The translations under genes were made by a program, and so were the position numbers. The notes under the pieces are model-generated. The model saw only the letters and a program-made list of their open reading frames with translations. It did not search any database and was not told where the DNA came from. This document shows, one piece after another, positions 1-8,757 of a stretch of DNA of 64,000 nt (position 1 is its first letter; every line of letters starts with the position of its first letter). The stretch is from Minisyncoccota bacterium (GTDB taxonomy: Bacteria; Patescibacteriota; Minisyncoccia; Phycocordibacterales; JABMNX01), in assembly GCA_026195275.1 (NCBI GenBank), contig JAPHQU010000002.1:69964-133963 (forward strand), in the 5' to 3' direction.

Positions 1-1266
1 TATGTGTTCTCTCGCGCCGGGGTGGGGGTGCCGCGTATCGCTATTGATCAGTACGTATGTGGCGAGGAGGTGGCTGAAGACGACCTAAAGCCGGGGGACG
101 TAGTTTTCTCTATTGGGAAGGATACAGAAGCACGAGAGTCGTTCAAGCGAGTTGCAGACGGTGCTGAGGTAACCGTACAAGCTGTTAAGTATCAGACCAT
201 TGAATACATGCCGGGTACTGCGGTTGTAAGTGGGGTGAGTCACTGTGGTATCTACCTCGGCGATGGGAAGGTGATCCATGCGGCGGGGAAGAGTAGCGAC
301 AATCAAGTGGTGGTCAATGATATTGCTCATGATGTGAATTTTGCAAATATTGTGGGGTATCGCCGCATGGTGGATACCGCTCCGCGTTTCGTTGTTGCGG
401 TGCCATTTGAGCGGCTTGATCTTAGAATCAAAGAAGATCTTATTGAGGAAATCGGCCGTGTGTATGGGTATGAGAATGTCTCTGAGATACCTGTGGAGAA
501 AGAGAAACAGAAGGTCTCAGTAAATAAGAATTTTTATTATGCAGAGAAGATACGCGACCTCCTCACCACAAAAGGGTTTGCTGAGGTATATACATATTCA
601 ATGGGTGAGTCTGGCGACATTGAGATTGAGAACCCGATTGCCGAAGATAAAAAGTTCCTCCGCACATCGCTTGTTGGCGGGCTTTCCGGTTCTCTTGGAC
701 TCAACACCAAGAACGCACCGCTTTTTGGTGGGGGAGATGTGCGCATCTTTGAAATCGGCAAAGTTTTTTCGGACGACATCGAGTACACTTCGCTTGGTAT
801 TGCATCCTCAAACAGCAAGAATGTTCTTGAGGTGCTGACAGACCTCTCAGGCGAACTTGAGCAAAAGATCGAGGCGTCTGAAAGTAATAAAGAGTTGTTT
901 GTGTGCAACCTCGATATGCTAGTTGCAAATCTTCCTGAGCCGAAGGAGTACGATGTCTCAGTCGAGCAAAAGCAGGTTGTGTACAGACCATTCTCGAGCT
1001 ATCCGTTTGCACTTCGCGACATTGCGGTGTGGGTGCCGGAGAAGGTGACAGCCGATGATCTTCTTGAGGAGATTGTGTCTGTTGCAGGAGACCTGCTCGT
1101 ACAAAGCTCACTCTTTGATGAGTTTTCGAAAGACGGAAGAGTCTCGTATGCTTACCGGCTCGTCCTTCAATCACCCGAGAGAACCCTCTCTGATGAAGAT
1201 ATTGATGCGGTCATGAATCGTGTGACCGTGCAACTAAGCAACAAAGAAGGATTCGAAGTTCGGTAA
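1..1266 (+). CDS. pheT: Phenylalanine-tRNA ligase beta subunit (5'-partial) with inserted NlpC/P60 domain
   Basis: B5 motif VPFERLDLRIKEDLIEEIGRVYGY, catalytic-like NPIAEDKKFLRTSL/IFEIGKVF, C-terminal FDX-ACB (RDIAV, LFDEF, SYAYRL, RTLSDEDI). The N-terminal part has the NlpC/P60 pattern LKPGDVVF and HCGIYLGDGKVIHA. The frame is open to the window edge. Confidence 0.92.
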   Translation, partial: YVFSRAGVGVPRIAIDQYVCGEEVAEDDLKPGDVVFSIGKDTEARESFKRVADGAEVTVQAVKYQTIEYMPGTAVVSGVSHCGIYLGDGKVIHAAGKSSDNQVVVNDIAHDVNFANIVGYRRMVDTAPRFVVAVPFERLDLRIKEDLIEEIGRVYGYENVSEIPVEKEKQKVSVNKNFYYAEKIRDLLTTKGFAEVYTYSMGESGDIEIENPIAEDKKFLRTSLVGGLSGSLGLNTKNAPLFGGGDVRIFEIGKVFSDDIEYTSLGIASSNSKNVLEVLTDLSGELEQKIEASESNKELFVCNLDMLVANLPEPKEYDVSVEQKQVVYRPFSSYPFALRDIAVWVPEKVTADDLLEEIVSVAGDLLVQSSLFDEFSKDGRVSYAYRLVLQSPERTLSDEDIDAVMNRVTVQLSNKEGFEVR

Positions 1267-1439
1267 GATAATCTCATGCGGTATGAGATAGTGAACAGGG
1301 CTTTATAGAGCCGCTCTGAGGTGCTTTCAATCCCTCCCTCAAGGCTGTCGGGACAGGTAAAATTACTTTATTTTTGGGGGTTATTTTGCTATAATTAAGG
1401 GTACTAATGGAGCTCTATTTGGGGCGACCATATTTATTT

Positions 1440-3536
1440 ATGGCTGAGAGAAAAGCAAAAGAGACCACCGAAAAAAAGACCGCAACCCCCAAAGGTGCCA
1501 AGACTGCGGGGAAATATGGTGCAGAGGAGATCACGGTCCTTGAGGGGCTTGAGGCGGTGCGCCGTCGCCCGGGAATGTATATCGGCACGACCGGCCCGGA
1601 AGGGCTCCATCATCTCGTATGGGAGGTGTTTGATAACTCACGCGATGAAGCGATGGGCGGCTTTGCAGACCGTATTGAAGTAGCGCTTTTGCCCGAGGGC
1701 AGGGTGCGTGTTGCTGACAATGGTCGCGGTATCCCGGTCGACATTCACTCGAAGACAAAAGTCTCGGCGCTTGAGACGATCATGACAACACTTCACGCCG
1801 GCGGTAAGTTTGGCGGTGAAGGTTATAAGGTCTCCGGCGGACTCCACGGTGTGGGTGTCTCCGTGGTGAACGCACTCTCAAGGTATGTGAAGGCGGTTGT
1901 GCACCGCGATGGCGGTATGTACATGCAGGAGTACACCAAGGGTGGCAAAGCAAAGGCGAAAGTAAAGAAAGTAAGAGCGTCAAAACTCACCGGAACCGTG
2001 ATCACCTTTGAGGCTGACCCGGAAATCTTTACTGAGATTGCCTACGATTGGAATAAGATCGTCTCACATCTTCGCCAACAGGCGTACCTGGTCAAAGGTC
2101 TTTCTATTGCCATCCTCGACTTGCGTGAGTACACAGGAGGGGTCGAGGATGAAGCCGGTCTTTATCTCCGCGACCTCGGTCTTGAGTGTCCGTCGATGTC
2201 ATTTTACTTTGAAGGTGGACTCCTTTCGTTGGTGAAATTCCAGAACCGCCACCAGAAGTCGGTTCATAAGAATATCTTTTATGTTGAAAAAGAGGCGGAT
2301 GATGTTGGGGTCGAGATCTCGCTCCAGTACGTTGACGATATCTCAGCACGCATCTCAGCATTTGCAAACAATATCTATAATCCAGAACACGGGACACACA
2401 TCACCGGCTTCAAGACGGCACTCACGCGCACACTCAACAACTACAGCAAGAAGGCTGGCGGCAAGGAGGGCGAAGCATTCACCGGAGACGATGTGCTTGA
2501 AGGTATCACGGTAGTGGTATCGGTTAAGATGCCGGAGATCCAGTTTGAAGGGCAGACCAAAGGCAAGCTTGGGTCTGTTGAAGCACGCGGAGCTGTCGAG
2601 AGTGTCTTTAGCGAAGCGTTCAGCACTTTCCTCGAAGAACATCCTGAGGACGCTAAGATGATCATCGGTAAGGCGACGCTCGCGCTTAAGGCTCGCAAGG
2701 CAGCAAAAGCAGCCAAGGACAGTGTACTTCGCAAGGGAGCGCTCGAAGGGCTCACGCTCCCCGGAAAGCTCGCTGATTGTTCTACAAGGAATGCTGATGA
2801 GTCCGAGCTCTTCATTGTGGAGGGAGACTCTGCAGGAGGCTCCTCAAAACAGGGACGCGACCGGCGCACACAGGCGATCCTCCCACTTCGTGGCAAGATT
2901 CTCAATGTTGAGCGCGCACGTCTCGACCGCATGCTTGCCTCGAACGAGATTAAATCACTCGTGGTTGCGCTTGGTACTGCGATTGGAGATACATTTGATA
3001 TTGAAAAGCTTCGCTACCACAAGATCATCATCGCAACCGATGCTGATGTGGACGGAGCGCACATTCGCACACTCCTTCTCACACTCTTCTATCGCTACTT
3101 CAAGCCGATCATTGAGGGTGGGTACCTCTACATCGCGCAACCACCGCTGTATAAGATTAAGAAAGGGCGCGAGGTGTCCTACGCGTACACAGAAGATGAT
3201 AAGATAAAAATCCTTGGGAAAGATGCCGAGGTGATTGAAGAGACACCGGAGGGAGCAACTGATGTGGAGGAAGACGCAGAGGAAGCGGAAACAGGCGAGG
3301 CGAAAGCAAAGAGTTCAAAGAAGGTTCATATCCAGCGTTACAAAGGTCTTGGTGAGATGAACCCTGAGGAACTCTGGGAGACGACTATGGACCCTGAGCA
3401 CCGTGTACTCAAGCAGGTTACCATTGAGGATGTGCAAGAAGCCGATCGCATCTTTGACACACTTATGGGTACTGATGTGGCGTCACGCAAGACATTCATC
3501 CAATCGAACGCGAAGTACGCACAGTTGGATATTTAA
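1440..3536 (+). CDS. gyrB: DNA gyrase subunit B
   Basis: LEAVRRRPGMYIG, GHKL motifs (DNGRGIP, SGGLHGVG), TOPRIM VEGDSAGG/PLRGK/DADVDG, QRYKGLGEM. Start placed at ATG 1440. Confidence 0.95.
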   Translation: MAERKAKETTEKKTATPKGAKTAGKYGAEEITVLEGLEAVRRRPGMYIGTTGPEGLHHLVWEVFDNSRDEAMGGFADRIEVALLPEGRVRVADNGRGIPVDIHSKTKVSALETIMTTLHAGGKFGGEGYKVSGGLHGVGVSVVNALSRYVKAVVHRDGGMYMQEYTKGGKAKAKVKKVRASKLTGTVITFEADPEIFTEIAYDWNKIVSHLRQQAYLVKGLSIAILDLREYTGGVEDEAGLYLRDLGLECPSMSFYFEGGLLSLVKFQNRHQKSVHKNIFYVEKEADDVGVEISLQYVDDISARISAFANNIYNPEHGTHITGFKTALTRTLNNYSKKAGGKEGEAFTGDDVLEGITVVVSVKMPEIQFEGQTKGKLGSVEARGAVESVFSEAFSTFLEEHPEDAKMIIGKATLALKARKAAKAAKDSVLRKGALEGLTLPGKLADCSTRNADESELFIVEGDSAGGSSKQGRDRRTQAILPLRGKILNVERARLDRMLASNEIKSLVVALGTAIGDTFDIEKLRYHKIIIATDADVDGAHIRTLLLTLFYRYFKPIIEGGYLYIAQPPLYKIKKGREVSYAYTEDDKIKILGKDAEVIEETPEGATDVEEDAEEAETGEAKAKSSKKVHIQRYKGLGEMNPEELWETTMDPEHRVLKQVTIEDVQEADRIFDTLMGTDVASRKTFIQSNAKYAQLDI

Positions 3537-3549
3537 TTATTTGAAGATA

Positions 3550-3587
3550 CCAACACAAAACCCGCCTTTAGGCGGGTTTTGTGTTGG
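3550..3587. terminator. Bidirectional intrinsic terminator
   Basis: 17-bp perfect inverted repeat CCAACACAAAACCCGCC-TTTA-GGCGGGTTTTGTGTTGG between convergent genes. Confidence 0.85.
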
Positions 3588-3609
3588 GTTATCCAGTTCT
3601 TCGCAAAGG

Positions 3610-4620
3610 TTACTCGGTCGTTACCGTGATAGGGAACTGTTTGATGTTGTTCTCTTCGTTGCGTTCCTTCATGCTTCCGGTTGGGTCTGCATTAATGGTG
3701 ATTGCGCCACCATGAACTGCAAGGTCGATTTGGTTGAATTCAAGTGTGAAGACAATTTTGTCTCCGGGGTTGAGTGCTTGCTGGCTTTCTGAATGGAAAA
3801 TATACATTGGCATAGTTGGAAGCACTGCGTTGAATGTCCACTGGTCTGAAGTCTTGTCGCCAATGTTTTTGATTTCGAAGCGGATTGCCGCTTTCGTGTC
3901 TGTTGCGGTGAGGGTGTCGATTGGAGTGAATGTGCCATCATTCTCAACAATACCGATACCGATGATATGTACCGCGAGATCAGGGAGTCCTGATGGGTTT
4001 GAGATAGTGCCTCCGTTGGTGATCTCGTAGGTCCCTGTGGTTTCCTCTCCCGGAGTGAGTGTATTGCCGCCAGCGGTGTTTCCTCCCGTTGGCGCGCCTA
4101 GACCGCTTTTTGAGATAGTAAGGGTCACTGAGCCGCTCGCTGCGGTATCACCGGATGTGTCCACCGCATTGATGGTTACAGGAACACTCACAAAGTCACT
4201 CCCTTCAAGGAGGGGGATTATAAGGAGCGTGCCTTCGGTGCTTGAGAATGCAAATGGTGTATCACACACGACCTCCTCGTAGATACCGCCGGTGTTTGGA
4301 CTCTGTATCGAGAGTCCGTCACGACACGTAAAGGACGCCGTGTATGCGTCTGATTGTTTATTGCGGTGGCTCCATGAGAGCTCATACACACTGTCTGTTG
4401 GCACGATAGATTCCGGTGTATCGATGGTAATGGTCTGTGCCGGCGCGAAAACCGAAGTAAGAGAAGTGGCGACTGCGGCAAGGGAAGAGAGCACTGACGG
4501 CGCAAGGCGCGCGATCTGAACTGAGCCCCAGAGTCCGACTGAGAGGATGGCGATAAAACCAATAATAGCGAGTGCTTTCACACCGAGCTGCTGTAATTCT
4601 GCTTTTGGAAAATTTTTCAT
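3610..4620 (-). CDS. Membrane-anchored surface protein with C-terminal CARDB/Ig-like domain
   Basis: N-terminal TM helix; C-terminal PDLAV...IKNIG...LNPGD...INADP...ERNEENN CARDB signature. Confidence 0.75.
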   Translation of the reverse strand: MKNFPKAELQQLGVKALAIIGFIAILSVGLWGSVQIARLAPSVLSSLAAVATSLTSVFAPAQTITIDTPESIVPTDSVYELSWSHRNKQSDAYTASFTCRDGLSIQSPNTGGIYEEVVCDTPFAFSSTEGTLLIIPLLEGSDFVSVPVTINAVDTSGDTAASGSVTLTISKSGLGAPTGGNTAGGNTLTPGEETTGTYEITNGGTISNPSGLPDLAVHIIGIGIVENDGTFTPIDTLTATDTKAAIRFEIKNIGDKTSDQWTFNAVLPTMPMYIFHSESQQALNPGDKIVFTLEFNQIDLAVHGGAITINADPTGSMKERNEENNIKQFPITVTTE

Positions 4621-4746
4621 GTGCACCAATATGTATCACAACTCGGCTGCTGTGTCAAGTTTTCTCAGGAGGAGGGAGTCTTTCAGAGAGCATGGATTTC
4701 TTGACAATACTGCATATTTGGTGTATAAAGGCTCAGAGCATCTTAT

Positions 4747-5391
4747 ATGAAAGACCAAGGAATAAAAGGGCACACAGGTTCTCTCGTTACCGCCATTGTG
4801 GCGGTGCGGTGGCGTTTTCTCTTTCTCTTTGTCTTTATGTTTGGTATGACGCTCTTCTTGCTTTCAATGGTTGGGCTTGTCCCCGAGAGGATCACAGAGC
4901 GAGAGCCTGCAGGCACTGAGGTTGCGTATGCTTCTCGTGAGTACGCGGGGGACCCTAAGCGGATCCTCATCCCTTCAGTCGGAGTGGATGCTAATATTGA
5001 AAATCCACAGAGCCGCGAGATCGAGGCACTTGATCGTGCCCTCAAGGAAGGAGTGGTACGATATCCCGGCACCGGAGTGCTTACCGAAAATGCAAATATT
5101 TTTCTTTTCGGACACTCCAGCTACTTGCCGAGCGTCATCAACAAGAACTATCAGGTATTCAACAATCTACAGAAGCTTGGTGCGGGGGATGAGATCTTTG
5201 TTGATTCGGGGGATATGCGATATGTATACCGCGTCACATCGGTTGTGCTTGATGAAGCGGGAAATGTTGTTGTTGACTTCAGTCGTGGAGAGCGGATGCT
5301 CACACTTGCGACCTGTAACTCTTTTGGAGAGAAAGACGAGCGATACGTTGTCCGCGCAAAGTACGTAGGAAGCTACCTGCTTACGATCTAG
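4747..5391 (+). CDS. Sortase
   Basis: N-terminal TM anchor, LIPSVGV, catalytic His (FGHSS), TLATC and downstream Arg (ERYVVRA). Confidence 0.92.
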   Translation: MKDQGIKGHTGSLVTAIVAVRWRFLFLFVFMFGMTLFLLSMVGLVPERITEREPAGTEVAYASREYAGDPKRILIPSVGVDANIENPQSREIEALDRALKEGVVRYPGTGVLTENANIFLFGHSSYLPSVINKNYQVFNNLQKLGAGDEIFVDSGDMRYVYRVTSVVLDEAGNVVVDFSRGERMLTLATCNSFGEKDERYVVRAKYVGSYLLTI

Positions 5392-5522
5392 GTCGTACGC
5401 AGATAGCTCTCTAAGTAGAGAGTGTTTGTTCTTTTATAATCCAGTTCACATTCTTCACGTCTCTCTCGCATTCTCGGGAGATCAGACTTCAACGTTCAAG
5501 AGAAAAGGAAAGGAGAGCAACC

Positions 5523-6728
5523 ATGCTCAGAAATATCAGTGTTGTCGTAGTCGCTACGTTGGCGATTGCGGCGTGTGCGGTCCCCGTGAGGGTCGTCAAC
5601 ACCGAGCAGGAGTCGGTGCCGACCAAAGAGGTCTCACTACAGGAATCTATTCCTGTGGTCAGGGCTCCTTCTGGACCGGTGAAAGTCCGCCCGAAAGAGT
5701 GGTCTCTTCCCGGTATGACTTGGATTGGCGATGGATTCTCCTGCCCCACATCGGCCGTACAGGGCGAGCGTCTGCGCAAGTGGGCACGCCCCGGCGCACA
5801 CCCATACGCCGGCACTCTCGGCCAGGCAATCGGGCTCTTCCGGGATGTTCCCAAAGAGGTTCGTGCCTCCTGGCAGGAGGACTTCAAGATGAACAAGCTC
5901 ACGACACGCCCGCTTTCTGAAGGCGAGCGTTTCTGCGGTATGTTCTACACCATCGACGGCAAGAAAGGTCCCTACCATAGGGTCTGGCCGAATGTCAGGA
6001 CTGGTGCGTGGGTCAACGAACCAAACGCCAACAACGGCGCTCGGGTCGTTACTGCCACCTATGGCGGCTACGAATGGGATCTTGTGATCCCGGACATCTG
6101 CGACAACGTCTCATACGTTGCTCGTAAGATGCCGACACCAGTCCCGCACAATACGCAGAGCGTCAAGCAGTCGGTATCTCCTATGCCGATACCGCTGGCT
6201 AAGCTGGCAGAAGATCCGTTCTTCATTCGGGTCAACTACTGGGAGTGGGATTCAATCCCTGAAGACCTTCAGAAGAAGATCATGAAGATCGTGGAATATG
6301 AAGGCAACGAGACGTACGCCGAAGAAGACGGCGCCGTCTCAAGGGACTTGTACGATGATTTGGTCGCGTCATGGAAAGAAGGTGGCGCAACCACGGTTAC
6401 CGTCCCCACCTCGGCGTCGATCAGCTATCCGGGCAGCAACGGCGTGGAGAGCATCCTCTCGAAGCAGGGTGACCACGCTAAGTTCTCGGACCTTGTGTAC
6501 TGGGAGAAGTACATCAGTCGTTCGCTTGCGTCAGAGCTCGAGAGTCAGGTTTTACTCTCGAGAGTCTCTGCAGAAGGGTGTACGGTAGTGTATCCCACTG
6601 AAAAGATGGAATACACCATCAGCACCCGACTGAACACGAAACCTAAAGCTCCCGGGGAACTTGCCTTATTGGCAAGGAATCCTAAGGAAGTAGGTGCGAA
6701 CATGAACGTCGTACTGGATTGCCCGTAA
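5523..6728 (+). CDS. Putative lipoprotein, hypothetical
   Basis: Signal peptide with lipobox-like LAIAAC; AAGGAG SD upstream; 401-aa open frame. Confidence 0.7.
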   Translation: MLRNISVVVVATLAIAACAVPVRVVNTEQESVPTKEVSLQESIPVVRAPSGPVKVRPKEWSLPGMTWIGDGFSCPTSAVQGERLRKWARPGAHPYAGTLGQAIGLFRDVPKEVRASWQEDFKMNKLTTRPLSEGERFCGMFYTIDGKKGPYHRVWPNVRTGAWVNEPNANNGARVVTATYGGYEWDLVIPDICDNVSYVARKMPTPVPHNTQSVKQSVSPMPIPLAKLAEDPFFIRVNYWEWDSIPEDLQKKIMKIVEYEGNETYAEEDGAVSRDLYDDLVASWKEGGATTVTVPTSASISYPGSNGVESILSKQGDHAKFSDLVYWEKYISRSLASELESQVLLSRVSAEGCTVVYPTEKMEYTISTRLNTKPKAPGELALLARNPKEVGANMNVVLDCP

Positions 6729-6799
6729 GGGCTACTCAACTTGGTGTGGGAGTAGAGATGCGCTATAGTGCACCCTACCTCCCATACCTTTTTATACTT

Positions 6800-8554
6800 A
6801 TGAAAAATCAACTCACAGAAAAGACATCAACAATGAACACAACGCTTATGCAGGCGATTCTTTTCTGTATTTTTTTACTTTCACTTTTTGCCTTTGCGCT
6901 CAATATCACATTTGAGGGGCATCAGGTACAGGTAGGCCCAACACAGGTACTTGCTTTTGGTAGTGGCGCTGGAGCAGGTGGTGGTGGCGGCGCAGGTGGT
7001 GGTGGCGGCGCAGGTGGTGGTGGCGGCGACTCTGCTGGTGGTAGTGGATTTGGGAGCGGTTCAGGCTCTGGTAACGGAAACTCCTCAGATTCAGGATTTG
7101 GGGGTGGTTCGGGAGCGGGGAATGGTAACCCGGGTGATCCTGGAGATGAGGGAGGTGGTACTCCGTCAAACCCGCCCCAGAATCCACCAACGCCGGATCC
7201 AACCCCGTCCTGTTCACTTTCTGTCGACAAGAGCACACTTACCCTTGGCGGATCTGCGTCACTCTCATGGTCTTCGAGTAATGTATCAAGTGGGTCTATC
7301 GACCAGGGAGTCGGCACTGTTTCAACTTCCGGAAGCACAAATGTTTCGCCGGAAAGCTCGGTGACCTATACCGGCACCTTTACCGGGCAGTATGGCTCTG
7401 CAACATGTTCAGTGTCGGTACAGGTTTCAACAACACCAGACCCGGAAGCACCATCGTGTTCTCTCTCGGTCGGAAAGAGTGTGCTTGCAAAAGGGGAGTC
7501 GACCACACTTTCGTGGACTTCAGTCAATACAATCGAAGGTTCGATTGACCAGAGCATTGGATCAGTTGACACTTCAGGAAGCACGAGTGTTACACCGGAC
7601 AGCAACACAACATACACCGGTACGTTCACCGGGCAAGATGGTTCGGTACAGTGTCGTGCCTCAGTCGAGGTCACAACAACCCCGCCACCAGGATGTACGG
7701 TCAATTGTGGCGGAGGAATCGACCCGCCGACAGTCTCGCTCAACTCACTTAAAGGACCGGGGGAGAACCCACTCGCATTTATTACCCTCAGCCAGATCCC
7801 GTACACCGGATTTGACGCCGGACCAATCGCAACCGCACTCTACTGGCTCGTACTTATACTCTGGAGTGCCTTTCTTGCATACGCAATCATTACCTACAAC
7901 ATCGGGGCACGACTCTTCTCTTCAATCGGCGCAATTCTTGGAGGCGGTCGGACCTCTGCCCCTGCAGAGCGCGCGCAAGCCAACCGGTCTTTCTATGCTC
8001 ATGAAATAGCAGATGACGCGACGGCAGAAGGGGTGCATGGTGACGAGCTCACCCTTGAGATTGATGGTGGTGTGCCACGGATTATCCTGAAGCGGGTGGT
8101 GGCTGAGAAGACCCCCACAGCTTTTCTCAATGAGGGACATGAGCAGCAGAACAACTCGCACCAGACCGCGTATATTAAGACAGATACTACCGACAGACTT
8201 CCTGTAGCTGGCACGCATACAGCAGTGCTTCTCCAGGCGATTGCCCGAGGAGACAGCGCGCGTGCACTTCGTGTGATTCAAGAGCATCGTAAAGAAGGTA
8301 AGGATGTGACCACTACACTTGTCTCGCTTGTGTGTGAGCTCGATCGACTTCACTGTGTCCGTTGTGATGAGAAGACATCTGAGATGGTTGACCCGGCCAC
8401 AGCAGAGCGTTTCCACTCTTGGAGTGCGTACGATATTGAGCAGGCAATTCACATCCTCACCGAAGGGATTGATCGCAACCGCATCTCTCCGGCAACCGGT
8501 GCCAAAGTTGCCATTCTCCGGGTACTTGAATATTCCAGCAACCGTCACAACTAA
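6800..8554 (+). CDS. Surface protein: Gly-rich linker, two Ig-like repeats, IPYTG sorting-like motif, TM helix, cytoplasmic domain
   Basis: Signal/TM helix, Gly/Ser tract, two ~75-aa Cys-bounded repeats (PSCSLSV...LSW...SIDQ...TYTGTFTG...C), QIPYTG followed by a hydrophobic helix. Confidence 0.8.
   Translation: MKNQLTEKTSTMNTTLMQAILFCIFLLSLFAFALNITFEGHQVQVGPTQVLAFGSGAGAGGGGGAGGGGGAGGGGGDSAGGSGFGSGSGSGNGNSSDSGFGGGSGAGNGNPGDPGDEGGGTPSNPPQNPPTPDPTPSCSLSVDKSTLTLGGSASLSWSSSNVSSGSIDQGVGTVSTSGSTNVSPESSVTYTGTFTGQYGSATCSVSVQVSTTPDPEAPSCSLSVGKSVLAKGESTTLSWTSVNTIEGSIDQSIGSVDTSGSTSVTPDSNTTYTGTFTGQDGSVQCRASVEVTTTPPPGCTVNCGGGIDPPTVSLNSLKGPGENPLAFITLSQIPYTGFDAGPIATALYWLVLILWSAFLAYAIITYNIGARLFSSIGAILGGGRTSAPAERAQANRSFYAHEIADDATAEGVHGDELTLEIDGGVPRIILKRVVAEKTPTAFLNEGHEQQNNSHQTAYIKTDTTDRLPVAGTHTAVLLQAIARGDSARALRVIQEHRKEGKDVTTTLVSLVCELDRLHCVRCDEKTSEMVDPATAERFHSWSAYDIEQAIHILTEGIDRNRISPATGAKVAILRVLEYSSNRHN
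6974..7027 (+). repeat. 3 x 18-bp tandem repeat encoding (AGGGGG)3
   Basis: GCAGGTGGTGGTGGCGGC three times in tandem. Confidence 0.9.
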
Positions 8555-8660
8555 CAAACAACCGCCTGATGGACATTGGATGTCCGTCATCGGGGATATT
8601 CATTTTGTCTGCCTGTCCGCAAACAGGACTTATGGAAGTCCAGATATCGTAAATATTAAT

Positions 8661-8746
8661 AAAATAAACGCCAGGCTATGCCTGGCGTTTATTTTCTAGT
8701 GGCTCAAGTAAGCCACGATAAACGCCAACCCGGGGTTGGCGTTTAT
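8661..8746. terminator. Two palindromic terminator-like elements sharing ATAAACGCCA...TGGCGTTTAT arms
   Basis: Inverted repeats at 8661-8695 and 8718-8746 between convergent genes. Confidence 0.8.
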
Positions 8747-8757
8747 TTTTGACTGTT

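Noticed and set aside
1330-1350. CCTC(C/T)CTCAAGG shared upstream of the gyrB and rpoB (22833-22845) promoters
   Set aside because: Only two short copies, which cannot be distinguished from chance.
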